A DNA stretch of 62,951 nt, the filler included, from Octopus bimaculoides (lineage: Eukaryota): the NCBI RefSeq assembly GCF_001194135.2. It is 4 parts of 4 records of this genome, joined end to end, with 100 filler letters (N's around TTAATTAATTAA, not from the genome) between each part and the next. Parts side by side here need not be neighbours in the genome. Positions count along the whole stretch, not along the records: positions 32,033 to 62,951 come from NC_068983.1; 3 more parts are not named here. One strand, 5' to 3'. The notes below the pieces were generated by a model. It saw only the letters and a list, made by a program, of their open reading frames with translations. It had not been told where the DNA came from and searched no databases. Positions within the stretch are counted from its first letter, which is position 1. Every line of letters starts with the position of its first letter. Positions 38,326-52,086 of this stretch are shown here, one piece after another. A program made the translations under genes and the position numbers.

Positions 38326-40274
38326 GTTGCTGTCGAGCCCTAAGTAAACACGAATGAACAGCCCTGAGCATCTCACCATTCTTTCTGGCGCAGTGTATCT
38401 AGGACAACATTATCAAATATATTCCTATTTAAGGGAGATTTGTTTCCTATTTCTAACAGGTAGAGCGAACACCCTCAAGCTCTCACTTTGGTTTAATGAG
38501 TAACGTCTACGCGTGTATTTGTAAAATTACTGATGGCAACAGCAAAAATGATAATTCATTGAAATAAGCAACGGAGTGGAAAATATACTTGCAATTGGAA
38601 AAGATCTGGATGTAATTTTTTTTCATTTATACACTGTCGTTAAACGTAAGGAGGAAAGTAATTATATAATGAATATAATAAATCATTTAATACTAAATCA
38701 TTACCTGAGGGTATGTGTCGTTGGATGTCTCAACAAGTGTGTATGTGTTGGGCGATATCGGTGGTGGAATTACTCTTTGTTAAAGACTTAATAAAGACTT
38801 TTCAATTCTTCAAACTCTTACACACATTTCACATTTCCCAGCGAAACATTTTTGAGATAATCAATTTTTCTGTTCTTGGTTAAAAAGGTTTGAACTATAC
38901 ATCAAAAACATTATTTATTCAGCTACTCTGGTTATAGCCAACTGTAATCCTCATTTATATGTCCTTTTCAAAATTTCATCGATTTATTATTCAACTAACC
39001 GCTATCACATTACATTAATGTATCCAGTTTCGTAGATGAATATTCAATTACCCTCCAAAATGGTAGAGAAACGTGAATATCACAACCTAGTAAGTAAGAC
39101 GAGTTCACGATGTTACCGAAGTCTAAGTACTACTCCACTGTGCCTAATGCATTCTGACACACATACACACACAACGCACAGATAAGAGCACAAGTAGAAA
39201 ATCCACACTCACATACTATCCCATACACATGTATTAAGTTTTATACACTTGTGAACAAGAATTTGAGAGAAAAATGTAATATACACGTATTTATGAATTA
39301 GATGTTGAATTAGATTAGCGGTTTAGAAAAAAAAATCAACTCTGCTGATCAATGTAGCATAATAGCATAATATATATTGCTTAATTCTAGATAAAAAAAA
39401 AACATATATTTATTACTTTAGGATTGTTGTTGAATTTCATAGAAGTAAACTATTTTCTCCCAACATGTAGAAACCGCAAAATTCTGTGAAGGCATCAAGT
39501 ATGTATGTGTGCGTGTATACACACACACACACACGCACACACACGCACGCGCGCACGCACACACACACACACACGCACACACACACACACACACACATTA
39601 ACACTAGATAAATTAAATATTGTGTTCGTTCGATATCATACATATGTTTAACTCTTCTCCTTCTCTAAAGTAAGTAAGAAAGAAAGAAAAACTGAAACAT
39701 ATATAATAAGAAAGAGAAATAGCTGCTATTGATACCTCGTCATTGTTAGTCTTATTGCGTATTTAAAATATTTTATCTATATTTTAATTTTTCATATCAG
39801 TTTTTGGGTCGATATGTCTTTATATTTTCTAAAATTATTTTTCCGAATAACTTCTCAGTATGTGACATTCTCGATACAAAAATAAATAACGTAAATAAAT
39901 TACATCCGTTGTCAATTTCTAACCGACTTTTACTGTTCGATAAAATATAAAGTAATTAATAAAATGTTGCAGAAAAGCAGAAAAATCAAAATGTTTACGG
40001 AACAGACAATGAATCTTGCAACCGTTCAAACAGAAATAATGTTGACACAAGAATTTGTAAACACATTTATGAAAGATAATCTTAAATAAACACCAATGAA
40101 ATCTTAAACTTGTTGCTAGTTGTTGCATATTTAAGGTCGATAGATATAAACAGCGTAGGTAGTTCCCAGTGCAAACTGATGTCTGCACATACCACAAATT
40201 TGTGATCTACACGGTCAATTTAGACCCACAGACAGAGGCCTGATTACTTAAAATGAAATAAACGCGTCCTTACC

Positions 40275-41335
40275 GGCATGGTAAGACTACAGGGACTAGT
40301 GGTGGGCTGTGCTGTGGATAGAGAACAAGATTGGAAGGGGAACTAGCTAGCAAGCTAGAAGAAGCAATTAGCAAAGGCATCGTGACCGAAGCTACTGGTA
40401 AGAGTAACTCTCGACAATTTCATTTCAGTGCGAAACATGGAGGTTGCGTTATTAGAGCAAGAGCCTGTGCGCTAAAACACGAAGGATTTAAAGTTCTTTG
40501 ATAGGCCCTAGTGTTATTTCTTTACTACCCACAAGGGGCTACACACAGAGGGGACAAACAAAGACAGACAAACGGATTAAGTCGATTATATCGACCCCAG
40601 TGCGTAACTGGTACTTATTTAATCGACCCCGAAAGGATGAAAGGCAAAGTCGACCTCGGCGGAATTTGAACTCAGAACGTAGCGGCAGACGAAATACCGC
40701 TAAGCATTTCGCCCAGCGTGCTAACGTTTCTGCCAGCTCGCCGCCTTGATAGGCCCTAGTGTTGTAAGTGAAATGTGACAACACAGCTTCAATGCAGCCG
40801 TTGACAGATCGGGAGATGCACGGGTTTCCAGCAGCAGTTTACTTGACTGTTGTAGACTGGCAGCGAATCAGAGATGGGCATGAACTTTACTGCTTGTGCT
40901 GACTGCCTGAAACGGTTCACGATGGAGGATGAAGAGTAGTATAAGAAAACCGATAAAGCAGGGCAGTTGCATAAGATATGACTTTTCTACTTTGGATGAT
41001 TTGTGGAAACAAATTTTATGAGTTCATGACAGACGTCTGTCGCAATTGACAGCTGAATGGGAAAATTCCTAGTGCGGTGAAACTGGAATTGGCAACGCTA
41101 CTGAGAAAGGACCCAAACAAAGAGTACGAAGTAGTCATCTTTCAGTGCACAACTCTGCTGAAAGTAGAGTTGAAAATTTTGGTCAAGGTTGACGCTTTTA
41201 GTTGATATTTTGATCGGGGAAGCGCAAACGAGCACGATGTAGCTTCATCCACGACACTGCACTCCCATGCTATGGGGATCTGATCAACTGAGAACAGCTG
41301 AAAATACTCGATAAAGTCGAACATCGTTACTTGGT
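40275..41335 (+). mobile_element. Tx1/L1-clade LINE ORF2 relic split by a SINE
   Basis: GCVIRARACALKHEG, LLRKDPNK...TTLLKVELKILVKV and LIGEAQT...IHD motifs. Confidence 0.7.
40516..40745 (-). mobile_element. Young family-B SINE with an 18-bp TSD
   Basis: TSD ttgataggccctagtgtt at 40498-40515 and 40746-40763; CpG-rich, apparently little mutated. Confidence 0.93.
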
Positions 41336-42869
41336 GGTTGTGCTGAAAGTAGCTAGTTTGGGTCCGTGTTCACAGACTTGCTTATTGCAATGCATAACAA
41401 CTGGTCGATGGTCAAGTAAATAGTCGCTTCTCAGAAAGGGGTTTTCATAGCACGTGTGATCCGTTGGCTAAGCACTTTTCGTTCCAAAGAATGCTTTTAG
41501 GTCGTGTAGATGTTATGGCATAAACCAACAACAAACGGGAACGTCCCAACACTAAAAGTGAACAGAACCCTTTTTACAATCAGAAAAATAGAACATTGAT
41601 AGTATCAAATGCTCACACCAACAGTGTTAATAAATGTAAAAACAACAATGCCTTTTGTACCCACAACAGGCGAAAATGTAAACAGAAATATGTTTGAAAG
41701 TGACTGTAGTGTCTTTGGGACTGCACAAGATAAAAAAAAAAACCCCAACAAACTAGATATGGTTAAACACACAAAAGTGTACGTAGTCTGGCAGCATTTT
41801 GAGAAAAGATGCAGAAAAGAAGGAATCGGAAAACTATAGGTCCCAGCTGCCAGAACACAATCAGTTACAGTTATAAAAGGTTGTTGTATCAGTAGTATAA
41901 CAAGTTACACTATCGATTGCAGCTCCGAGAATGTCCGAAAAATCCGCCTCACTTTGGTCTCAGAAGCAGAAAGAATTCTCCTTCAACAGCATTGTCGCAT
42001 AGACAAGGAGGAACAATACGAGAAGCCAACACTCTGTAGAAGAAAAACTAACCGAAAGAGAAGGGTAGCAAAAAGTTCAAGAGGTTGCCCTACAACACCG
42101 ATATGGTTTTGTCAGTGCTTCATATAGAAAACGAACGACTAATGAACAACCTAAATGACATAATACAAGGACAATTTGGAAAATATAATATGTAGACACG
42201 CGAAGAGAAGTGGAACATGTTTGTGAGGTTTCTCGTAAGAGTAATGCTTGTTTCTAAGCTGCTGAACTTCAACAACTGCCGAGATGTGAAATTTTTCTTA
42301 CGGACTGTTGTGGGTGAAAGATATATCTTACTTGGACAAAATGAAATAGAACTATCATTTTATTTCGTCTGTATTTTGAAGTTATTTTTATTAATGTTAT
42401 TTTCATTGCTCTTTATTAGGTATTTTTGTGGTCCTTTAGCAAAAACTTTTATATTAATTTTCTTGCAACATAGAGCCCCTATTTACTTGCATTCGTGATA
42501 AATATAATCTGCATCAGATTCTGGATTCTCTATTCTAAATGCGTTCATTTATTTTCTTTTTTTCTTTCTGGTTTTGTAAATGTATTATGCATCTAATGAT
42601 GAACATTATAACTATAGCTTATTACTGGGATAACTAGAACATTAATTCGTTATAATTTTTACCTTTAAATATCATTCACGTATTAATTGAATGCGTGTAT
42701 AGTATGCATTCTTAAACTGTTCTTTCATTTATATGTGTGTGTTAGACTCTCTTTACTTCATTAATTCTTAAGTTTTTGTAGATATGTGTTTAATTTTATT
42801 TTCTCCATCTCTCTATCGAACAAGATGTTAATGATTTTAATTAATTTTATTCCCTCCAGATCTTATATC

Positions 42870-44150
42870 GTTTTGTCTGTTAAACCTCTATGCTATCTGT
42901 AGCCATGTTTCTAGTTGCTTAATGTCTGCAGCGTACAACTTGAGGTTTTCCACATACAAAGGCTGGTTGATTGTTCTCTCGTAGCAGCTGAAGTCAATTC
43001 CAGTCTGGTTTAACATGTTGACTAAAAGTATTTGTGCCAGATAGAAAAGGTGTAGATATAGGGTAGTTACAAATACAGATGGTGTTAGTTTGGTAATTCA
43101 TTTTTATCGGCAGAAATATTTAATGCAACTGTTTAATGTTGTTACTTATTTTGATGCAACGTTACTTATGGCAAAAGTTTTGTGAATTCACTTTGGAGAA
43201 CAACATTAGAAGCTTTCTAGTAGACACCCAATGAAATGCTTAGACTCTCCTTCCTTCTATATCCCCGGTTACGTCTTTACTGATCAAAACGTTATATTTA
43301 CAATCCTATAAACCTTTGAGCATTCCTTCTGCCTTTTTTTTCAGTTATTTTTTTTCTAAAGGTTTCTTTATTCTTTGCAATGTGACCAAGAAGCTGAACA
43401 CAATCTGCCAGCTATACTTGAAGAAGATTCACTAAATAGCTTGACGAGAGAGAATTATGAATAAGAAAATCTTTCTGCTATGCAAATTCTAGCCATGCAA
43501 AAATTGCAATAGCAAGGACACTGAAAGAAAGAAAACAGAAAAATCCAGACCTAAGATCATCTGACGTTGGGCATTCCCCAAAGACTTTAAATGCACAAGG
43601 AAGAGTTGTGCATGAACATAAAGAAGAGGCATATTAACCACACTGGAGAATGATTGCTGCTTTGTGTCTCACAATGCTGAGGACTTAAGTCTAATAAAAC
43701 TTTCTAGGTTTACCGTTTCATGAATTTTGGGGATGGTTTTCATCTCAGTGATTCAGTAAGATTTTTTTTTCTGGTTTCTTCAGTATCTTAAAAAACATTC
43801 TGGCCCCTCATGTGCTTTTTGAAATAGTTTCGAAGTTTTCCAGTTTAATTTTTAGTAGCGTCTGGTTGACTTCTAGCTACGTGTCCTCGCGTGATTGTAG
43901 AAGTTCTGTCTTCGATGTTTTGAACAGTCTCGTCTGTTGTAATTCTTTCACCCTCCACCTCTTCCCTCAGAATTATTCTAGCTTTTCTTTTTAGATGGAG
44001 TGTGTGTGTTTAGATGTTCTTTCATTTCGAGCACTCCTCTTTTTTCTGACGTTATATTTCTGTAATATTTCTTCGAATTTCATTATTAGTTTAAAAAACT
44101 TTTCCTGTTCTTTACTAATTTTATTAAACGGTCGAAAATCATTTTCCTCA
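42870..44150 (-). mobile_element. R4/Dong-like LINE relic (N-terminal region and RT)
   Basis: INQPLYVENLKLYA..KQLET.LQI (INHLLYMDDLKLY-like), QQTRLFKT and LEMKEHL. Confidence 0.65.
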
Positions 44151-45711
44151 TTTGCTCACTATTTTTGATATGAATACTTTCCAAATTAAATTTGCTTAAA
44201 TATCGATATTTTACATGAAGGAGGTCCAATTTCTTTTGTAAACACAGTGGCTGTTGAATGTACTATTACATGTAACCTAGTGAAATGATGGATGTTCTCG
44301 TCATTAAATAAACCAGTATTGAGCTCTATCCATTGTAAACAATTTCCTGGTGCATGGACACATAATTATTTCCACTTTTGTATTTATCATTACCATCTAT
44401 ATAACTTCCACCTCTTACCTCTTCTTCATCATATCTCCTTTTGCTTATTTTTTCTCTTTCTGTCGTTGTGCTTTAGCTCTGTTGGTCGGTATTCTATCAA
44501 TGCTTTACGGTTTGGTTTTGTTATGTTTTGTCAGTTACTTTGTTGAGCTTGTGCTAAAATCTACATTTTTGGTTTACGTTCTCAATGTTTTTATTTTTGT
44601 TGTTTGGTCTATGTTCGTAATTTGTATTTTCACTATGTATTCTTTCATTTAGATGTTCTATTTCAATTTCTGATATATTTTTTTATCTTTGGGAATGTAT
44701 TGTAAATTAGTTAGTCAGCTCAAATCCAACTTTCCATTTTGATCAGGTTTATTTTTTTACCTTCAAAATTTTCATGTGTTTATTGCCGTAGTTTCATTCC
44801 TTTTGACTGTGTGGCTGTAAAATATGTATACTGAATAGAATAGGTTCGTTCCTACGTATACCGTTTCTGTTTTATTTGTAGAATATCCAGTCCTGTGTAC
44901 AGATCGTCATGATTTTCGAATACTAACAATACATTAAGTATATGAGGTAATGATCAATAAGTTTTAAAGTAAGTTAGTGTATTACTTAAAATGTATCCCC
45001 CAGTTTTTCTATCATTTTCTCACGCCTCGCATCATTAGTTTGATTATACATAGAATGAATTGGTTTGCGCTTCGTTCGTTTGTTTACACGTGGTATTCAA
45101 AAGCCGACCAGTACGAACATTTGCAATATATTAATTACTCGAGTTTACGATCAATAAATTTCAAAGTAATTCAATGTATTACACAATTATCCTTTGGCTT
45201 TTTCGTCAATTTTTTTTTCGAGTTGATTCGGTGGTATTTAATCTTTATTAGAGGATATAATTAGTAACAGTCGAATAGCTATCTACAATGTTAAGAGTCC
45301 TAGATTTTATTATAGTAGAGTGGTGTGGGGATAGATTGACAATCATTAGAGCATCTTGCAGTATTCGTTCCGTCTCTTTACATTCTGAATTGAAATCACG
45401 CCGAAGTCGACTTTACCTTTCCTACCTCTGAAGTCGATAAAGTAAAGAAACAATCAAATAAAAGGAAATGAGAGTAAAACGGGGAATAAAAATTGGTGAC
45501 TGGAGACCGCCCGGAAGAGTTGCAGAAGATTCTAAAGTCGTCTGGAGGCTGTGGTTGAAACCAATGGCGATTTTATTGAATAAATTTACTTTTTAGTATT
45601 TCAGGATATTTTTATGCAATTTTGGTAAATATATCTCTAAAATGAGATGCCAGTGTTATTTTCATTTCTGCGCAATTTAGACGACAACATATTCACTGAA
45701 TCTTGTATATA

Positions 45712-46874
45712 CATGGTGCGTAAGATATTTGAGGAGAGATTTATGTTTAAAAAAAAAACAGATATATAATAACAGATAACTTTATTTATCAAAAAATGCT
45801 ATGAGGATAAAAATAAATCTTCTTTTCTATAATGTTATTCAATAAAGCCACCTTCAGTTTCAACAACTGCTTCTATATGAGATCTAAATCATCTACATGC
45901 TCGAATCGAGTGCTCCTGGTTCATTTTGGACATTACTCTGACTATGGTAGCTTTCAAATAATCTTTGGTTTTATGGGCGTGTTCATTGACCTCTCTCTCA
46001 ACAACGCTCCACATGTAATAGTCCAATGGATTGAGATGTAGGTAATTAGGAGGCCAAATGTTAGGAATTATGTGATCATGAAAAGTTTCAGTATCCATTC
46101 CTGTGTTAGTAGAGCCATGTATGATAGTGTATAGTCTTACTGAAGCACATATGGCATACACTGTCTATCCAGAGCTTAACAATTATTTCCAGGACCCAAT
46201 GTAGGTGGCAGAGTAACTCTAAGGCCTTGTGGAAAGAAGTAAGGAGGCATCACATGTCTTTCATTGCTGACAACCTCTAAAACCATGATAGTTGCAGGAA
46301 ATTTTGTATGCATTACACTTGGAACTTCGAAAGGGTCTGCACATAAGCATCTGTCATTTCTTCTGTTAACATTTTGATCTTGGTCGATGTCTTTCTTGTT
46401 TGAGAAAAACCAAATCAAATCTTCTGCTGGATTTTTCAGTTTGTTTAAGAGCCTTTTAGATTTGATGTAGTGATTTTCTTTCGCTTTTTCTGACAAATTG
46501 ACTTTTCCTCATCATATAAGACTTATATCTGATGTCTTCGTTGACACCATTTTTGGCTGTTCCTTCTGACATATGGAGATCTTTTGCAATTGACCTCATG
46601 GAATTTATGGAATTGTAATCAATGATCTGTTTAACTTGCTAGATAAATTCAAGTGTTCTGATGATTTCAGAGCGTTTAGAAAGCTTTTTATGCTTTGGTA
46701 CTGGTGATACGTTTCCATCTAGCTTCTTACAAACTTTGTAGACGAAAGATCTGGCAACCTTTAAAAATCGAGATAATTCTAAATCTTATTTTATGAAACA
46801 AAGATTATACAGAGTTAGCAAAAAATGCAGCAATGGCCCAAAAAGGTATGTCCTCAAATACCTTACGCACCCTG
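45712..46874 (-). mobile_element. Tc1/mariner-superfamily maT (DD37D-like) element with both TIRs and TA flanks; ORF decayed
   Basis: Left TA|catggtgcgtaagatatttgagga, right tcctcaaataccttacgcaccctg|TA. Peptides WFFSNKK..DQDQNVNRRNDR, TKFPATIMVL.VVS and WPPNYLHLNPLDYYMWSVVE. Confidence 0.9.
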
Positions 46875-46878
46875 TATA

Positions 46879-46921
<43 letters not shown>

Positions 46922-47029
46922 NNNNNNNNNNNNNNNNNNNNNNNNNNNNNNNNNNNNNNNNNNNNNNNNNNNNNNNNNNNNNNNNNNNNNNNNNNNNNNN
47001 NNNNNNNNNNNNNNNNNNNNNNNNNNNNN

Positions 47030-48800
47030 GGATAGTGAAAGTAATTACTCATCTTTCAGAGAGGTGTAAATAAATATATATACAGAAAAACTCTAAGGCT
47101 AAAGTAGTGAGATGAAATATGTACAATGATGGGTATGTGATTATGAATTAAAATATATACTGAGATCAAAGTTGGTTATGCGTTCATATTTAGACGTGTT
47201 CTGTATGGATATTCGTTTCACAATTATATAAGGGGGAACTAGAAAAGGTACCTGGATGACTGCTATATCATTTGGAAGAAGACCATTGATAAACTTTTGA
47301 AATTTAAATCAATACTAAATAATATAAACTCTAACATTCAAGCTACAATGGAATATAGCAAAGAATAGATCTTTCTTGCATATTATGATAAAAAAAGTCA
47401 ACAACCAAATTATAACTGACATTTAACATAAACCAACGGACTCGAAGCAATATCTTCTGCTTAGCTCATGCCACCCAAAACTTACCGAAAGAAATATCCC
47501 CTTTAATTTAGTAAAAAAAATTTGCACAATAGTGTCTGATAGAAATACTAGGGATCCGTCTTCAAGACCTCAGAACAACACTAACTGAAAGACACTATCA
47601 ACCCTCACTTATAGACAATGGAATTAAGCGTGCTAAGAAATTAGGTATTAAAACATATAGGCATACAATGCTATTGTACAAAATCTACCTATGTCATTAG
47701 AGATCCAAAAATGAACAACATGCCGGAAACACATAAATTCATCAAATGCAAAAAGCAACATAAATCCCTGAAAAAAATTCTGACAAACGCAAAGCTTTAC
47801 GCAACAACTACGAAACCAATGGCTAAAAAACGTGGACGTCGAAACTGTGGAACATGCCCCAACCTACTGGAAGGCTCGGAATTCCTATTCAAACAAGGGA
47901 AGAGGTACACAATTAAAACCAGGCTCACTTGTGCTTCCGAGAATCTGATTTTTTTATAACTTGTTCAGGTTGTGGACACAACTATATAGGACGGACAAGT
48001 ATGACACAAAGACGGAAAATCACACTGCATAAAGGACAGATCCAGTTCTCGCAATCAGACAGATTCCTTTATGTGAACACATAGAGAGATGAGCAGGGTA
48101 TAGCCAACCAAACTTCACAGTTTTCCCTATCTACTAGTGCAAAGAAACAATTTCTATGCAAGAACGTTTAGATAAAGAAAATTTGTTCATCGAAAAATAC
48201 AGAATACGGCTAAATATGAACTCCTAACCAACTTTGATCTTAGTATATATTTTAATTCATGATCACATACCCATCATTGTACATATTTCATCTCACTACT
48301 TTAGCTTTTGAGTTTTTGTGTATATACATTTATTTATCCCCTCCCTGAAAGATGAGCAATTACCTTCACTGTCCCCAATAATAACGATCACCAATTATCT
48401 CCCCTTAAGTTTTTCTACACATGGGATCATTCCTTCACAAACGTCTGTACATATAACAAGGTCTAAAATCTCAAGGAAATACGTAATTACAATAACTTCA
48501 ATGTCATGGTTAGCGAAAGCGAAACCGGTCGACAAGCACAATATAAAATATATTAAACAGTATATTACAGCTATGTAAAGTGTGTGTAACTATGTAAAGT
48601 GTGTGTAACTGGTGATAGTTATTACTCGGGACAGGGGAGATAATTTCTCATTTTTGCGGTGGGATAAATAAACATACAAAAACTCATGAGCTAAAGTAGT
48701 GAGATGAAATATGTACAGTGATAAATATGTGATTACGAATTACAATATATACTGAGACTAAAGTTGATTATGCATTGATATTTAAGTGTGTCCTGTGTTT
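47030..48800 (+). mobile_element. Penelope-like element (RT thumb and GIY-YIG) with a 3' pLTR and two inverted pLTR copies
   Basis: RYLDDCYIIW, KPTDSKQYLL.SSCHP, CGTCP, LTCASENLIF.ITCSGC..YIG.T. 48195-48395 recurs reverse-complemented at 47030-47215 and 48610-48800. Confidence 0.88.
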
Positions 48801-49504
48801 TTCGATAAATAAATTTTGTTATTTAATCGTTCTTGTACAAAAATTGTTTCTTTGCACTGATAGATGGGGAAAACTGTGAAATTTGATGGAGATTCCATGC
48901 ACATCTCTTTATGTGTTCACTCAAAGGTATCTGTTTATATCTTGGGAAACGGATCTGTTCCTTACGCAGTTTGGCTCTCCGTCTAGGTAACGAACTTGTC
49001 ACTCCTATATAGCTGTGTCCAGAACCTGAACAAATTATAACATAAATTAAATTCTTGGAAGTAAAGTTGGTTTTAATTGTGAACTTCTTGTATGAATTGG
49101 AATTCTGAGCCTTCCAGTAGGTTGGGGCACGCAGTGGGACTGAGTCAGGCCCAAGTGGTTGAAAAGCAAGCTTCTTACCACACAGCTATGCGCATACATA
49201 CATACATACATGCACAAACGCACACACACAGGTGCAGGTTTAGCTGTGTGATAAGAAGTTTGCTTCCAAATCACATGGTTTCGGGTTCAGTTTCACTTCG
49301 TGATACCTTGAGCAAGTGTCTCCTACTATAGTCCTGGACCGACCAAAGCCTTATGATTTGACTTGGTAGACGGAAACTGAGAAAAGACTGTGTATATAAA
49401 TNNNNNNNNNNGTATGTATGTGTGTATGTGTGTGTATGAGCGTTTGTATGTATGTATGCATGTATGTATGCATGTATGCATGTATGTATGTATGTATGTA
49501 TGTG

Positions 49505-49890
49505 TAGAGACGCAATGGCCCAGTGGTTAGGGCAGCGGACTCGCGGCCATAAGATCGTGGTTTCGATTCCCAGACCGGGCGTCGTGAGTGTTTATTGAGC
49601 GAAAACCCCTAAAGCTCCACGAGGCTCCGGCAAGGGATGAAGGCGAACCATGCTGTACTCTTCCACCACATTCTCTCACTCTTACTTCCTGTTACTGTTG
49701 TACCTGTAATTCAAAGGGTCAGCCTTGTCACACCGTGTCACGCTGAATATCCCCAAGAACTATGTTAAGGGTACACGTGTCTGTGGAGTGCTCAGCCACT
49801 TGCACGTTAATTTCACGAGCAGGCTGTTCCGTTGATCGAATCAACTGGAACCCTCGACGCCGTAAGCGACGGAGTGCCAACAACAACAAT
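49505..49890 (+). mobile_element. Full-length tRNA-derived SINE with (CAA)n tail, inside a (TATG)n tract
   Basis: A box tggcccagtggttag, B box gtttcgattccc. Near-identical inverted copy at 61734-62117; head-only copy near 59488. Confidence 0.9.
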
Positions 49891-50090
49891 GTATGTATGT
49901 ATGTATGTATGTATGTTTATATATTAGTAAGATTATTTAGCATTTTCCTTTTAATTTCTGAGATCAAATTCCGCGATTGCCAACTTCTAGTCTCTTCATT
50001 GCAGAGACGATAAAAGTAAATTGCTAGGAACAATTTAATCACCTGTACTACTCTTACGAAGTTTTCCACCCGAAAATCAATTACACCACA

Positions 50091-50146
<56 letters not shown>

Positions 50147-50517
50147 CAAAACCACCACCACCATCACCACCACCACCACNNNNNNNNNNNNNNNNNNNNN
50201 NNNNNNNNNNNNNNNNNNNNNNNNNNNNNNNNNNNNNNNNNNNNNNNNNNNNNNNNNNNNNNNNNNNNNNNNNNNNNNNNNNNNNNNNNNNNNNNNNNNN
50301 NNNNNNNNNNNNNNNNNNNNNNNNNNNNNNNNNNNNNNNNNNNNNNNNNNNNNNNNNNNNNNNNNNNNNNNNNNNNNNNNNNNNNNNNNNNNNNNNNNNN
50401 NNNNNNNNNNNNNNNNNNNNNNNNNNNNNNNNNNNNNNNNNNNNNNNNNNNNNNNNNNNNNNNNNNNNNNNNNNNNNNNNNNNNNNNNNNNNNNNNNNNN
50501 NNNNNNNNNNNNNNNNN

Positions 50518-50573
<56 letters not shown>

Positions 50574-51288
50574 AGAAGTTTCTATTGATAAAAAGATGTA
50601 ATATCATACTTTATGTGAAATATCCACTATAATACCGCACTCCATATTCAATATTTCGCCACCTTCATTCCAAAGAAAAATTAGATATGAATAAACTAAT
50701 TTAATTTAAGACCTCTGTGTCTATTCCTTAAAAGTATGTGTTGAAACCTACTTTGATATCGAATGTTCGACTTCATTCATGAATGATCTCAGTTAATTAC
50801 GAAAATAAATGGAAAAACAGAAAAAAAAAGGATAAAAGTAAATCACAATTGCGAAACAGGATGTTTTAAATTTTTGATTGAAGTCATACAATTTTTCTTA
50901 TTGAATCAAAGTTTTATGACTTGATGTGAAAATTCATATAATAATTAAGGTGTATTTAGTGGTTATAATAAAATACAATGAAAAAATGTAGCTGATTCTA
51001 CAATGAAACGAAAAATTGTTTATAGAAAGTCAATATTAACTTAATTTTCAAGCAAGTATTACTAAAAGTATGTTAATGTGGCGTCAACGGTAGGCAGAAA
51101 CCTATAAGGGGTTTATTGACTATTCTAAAATATAATTTTTAAGACATCAATCCCAATTAATCGTAGGCATATCGATTTTGGTCTCTATGGATTATTTAAA
51201 TTAGGCATTATTAAGTTATAATATTAATGACATTTTATTAATGCAACTATTTTTTTCTTACTTGATTTATTTCTTCAATTACTGCCTG

Positions 51289-51347
<59 letters not shown>

Positions 51348-51588
51348 GTATTCAAAGTATTCCCCTCTTCATTCATCCATCCAACCATATTATTCATCAG
51401 TTGAGTACACTGTTGACTAAAAACCTCATACGAAAATGCTTTAGTAGGATTTCAATTCAGCTTCTATTTCAAGATCGATTAAGTTTGATAGGATTTACAT
51501 AATGCATCATAATTTGACGTAGCTAGAACAGAAAATAGTAACATTTTCGGAACTAGCTGATCACAAAAAAAACGCGCGCGAACGCGCA

Positions 51589-51656
<68 letters not shown>

Positions 51657-52018
51657 NNNNNNNNNNNNNNNNNNNNNNNNNNNNNNNNNNNNNNNNNNNN
51701 NNNNNNNNNNNNNNNNNNNNNNNNNNNNNNNNNNNNNNNNNNNNNNNNNNNNNNNNNNNNNNNNNNNNNNNNNNNNNNNNNNNNNNNNNNNNNNNNNNNN
51801 NNNNNNNNNNNNNNNNNNNNNNNNNNNNNNNNNNNNNNNNNNNNNNNNNNNNNNNNNNNNNNNNNNNNNNNNNNNNNNNNNNNNNNNNNNNNNNNNNNNN
51901 NNNNNNNNNNNNNNNNNNNNNNNNNNNNNNNNNNNNNNNNNNNNNNNNNNNNNNNNNNNNNNNNNNNNNNNNNNNNNNNNNNNNNNNNNNNNNNNNNNNN
52001 NNNNNNNNNNNNNNNNNN

Positions 52019-52086
<68 letters not shown>

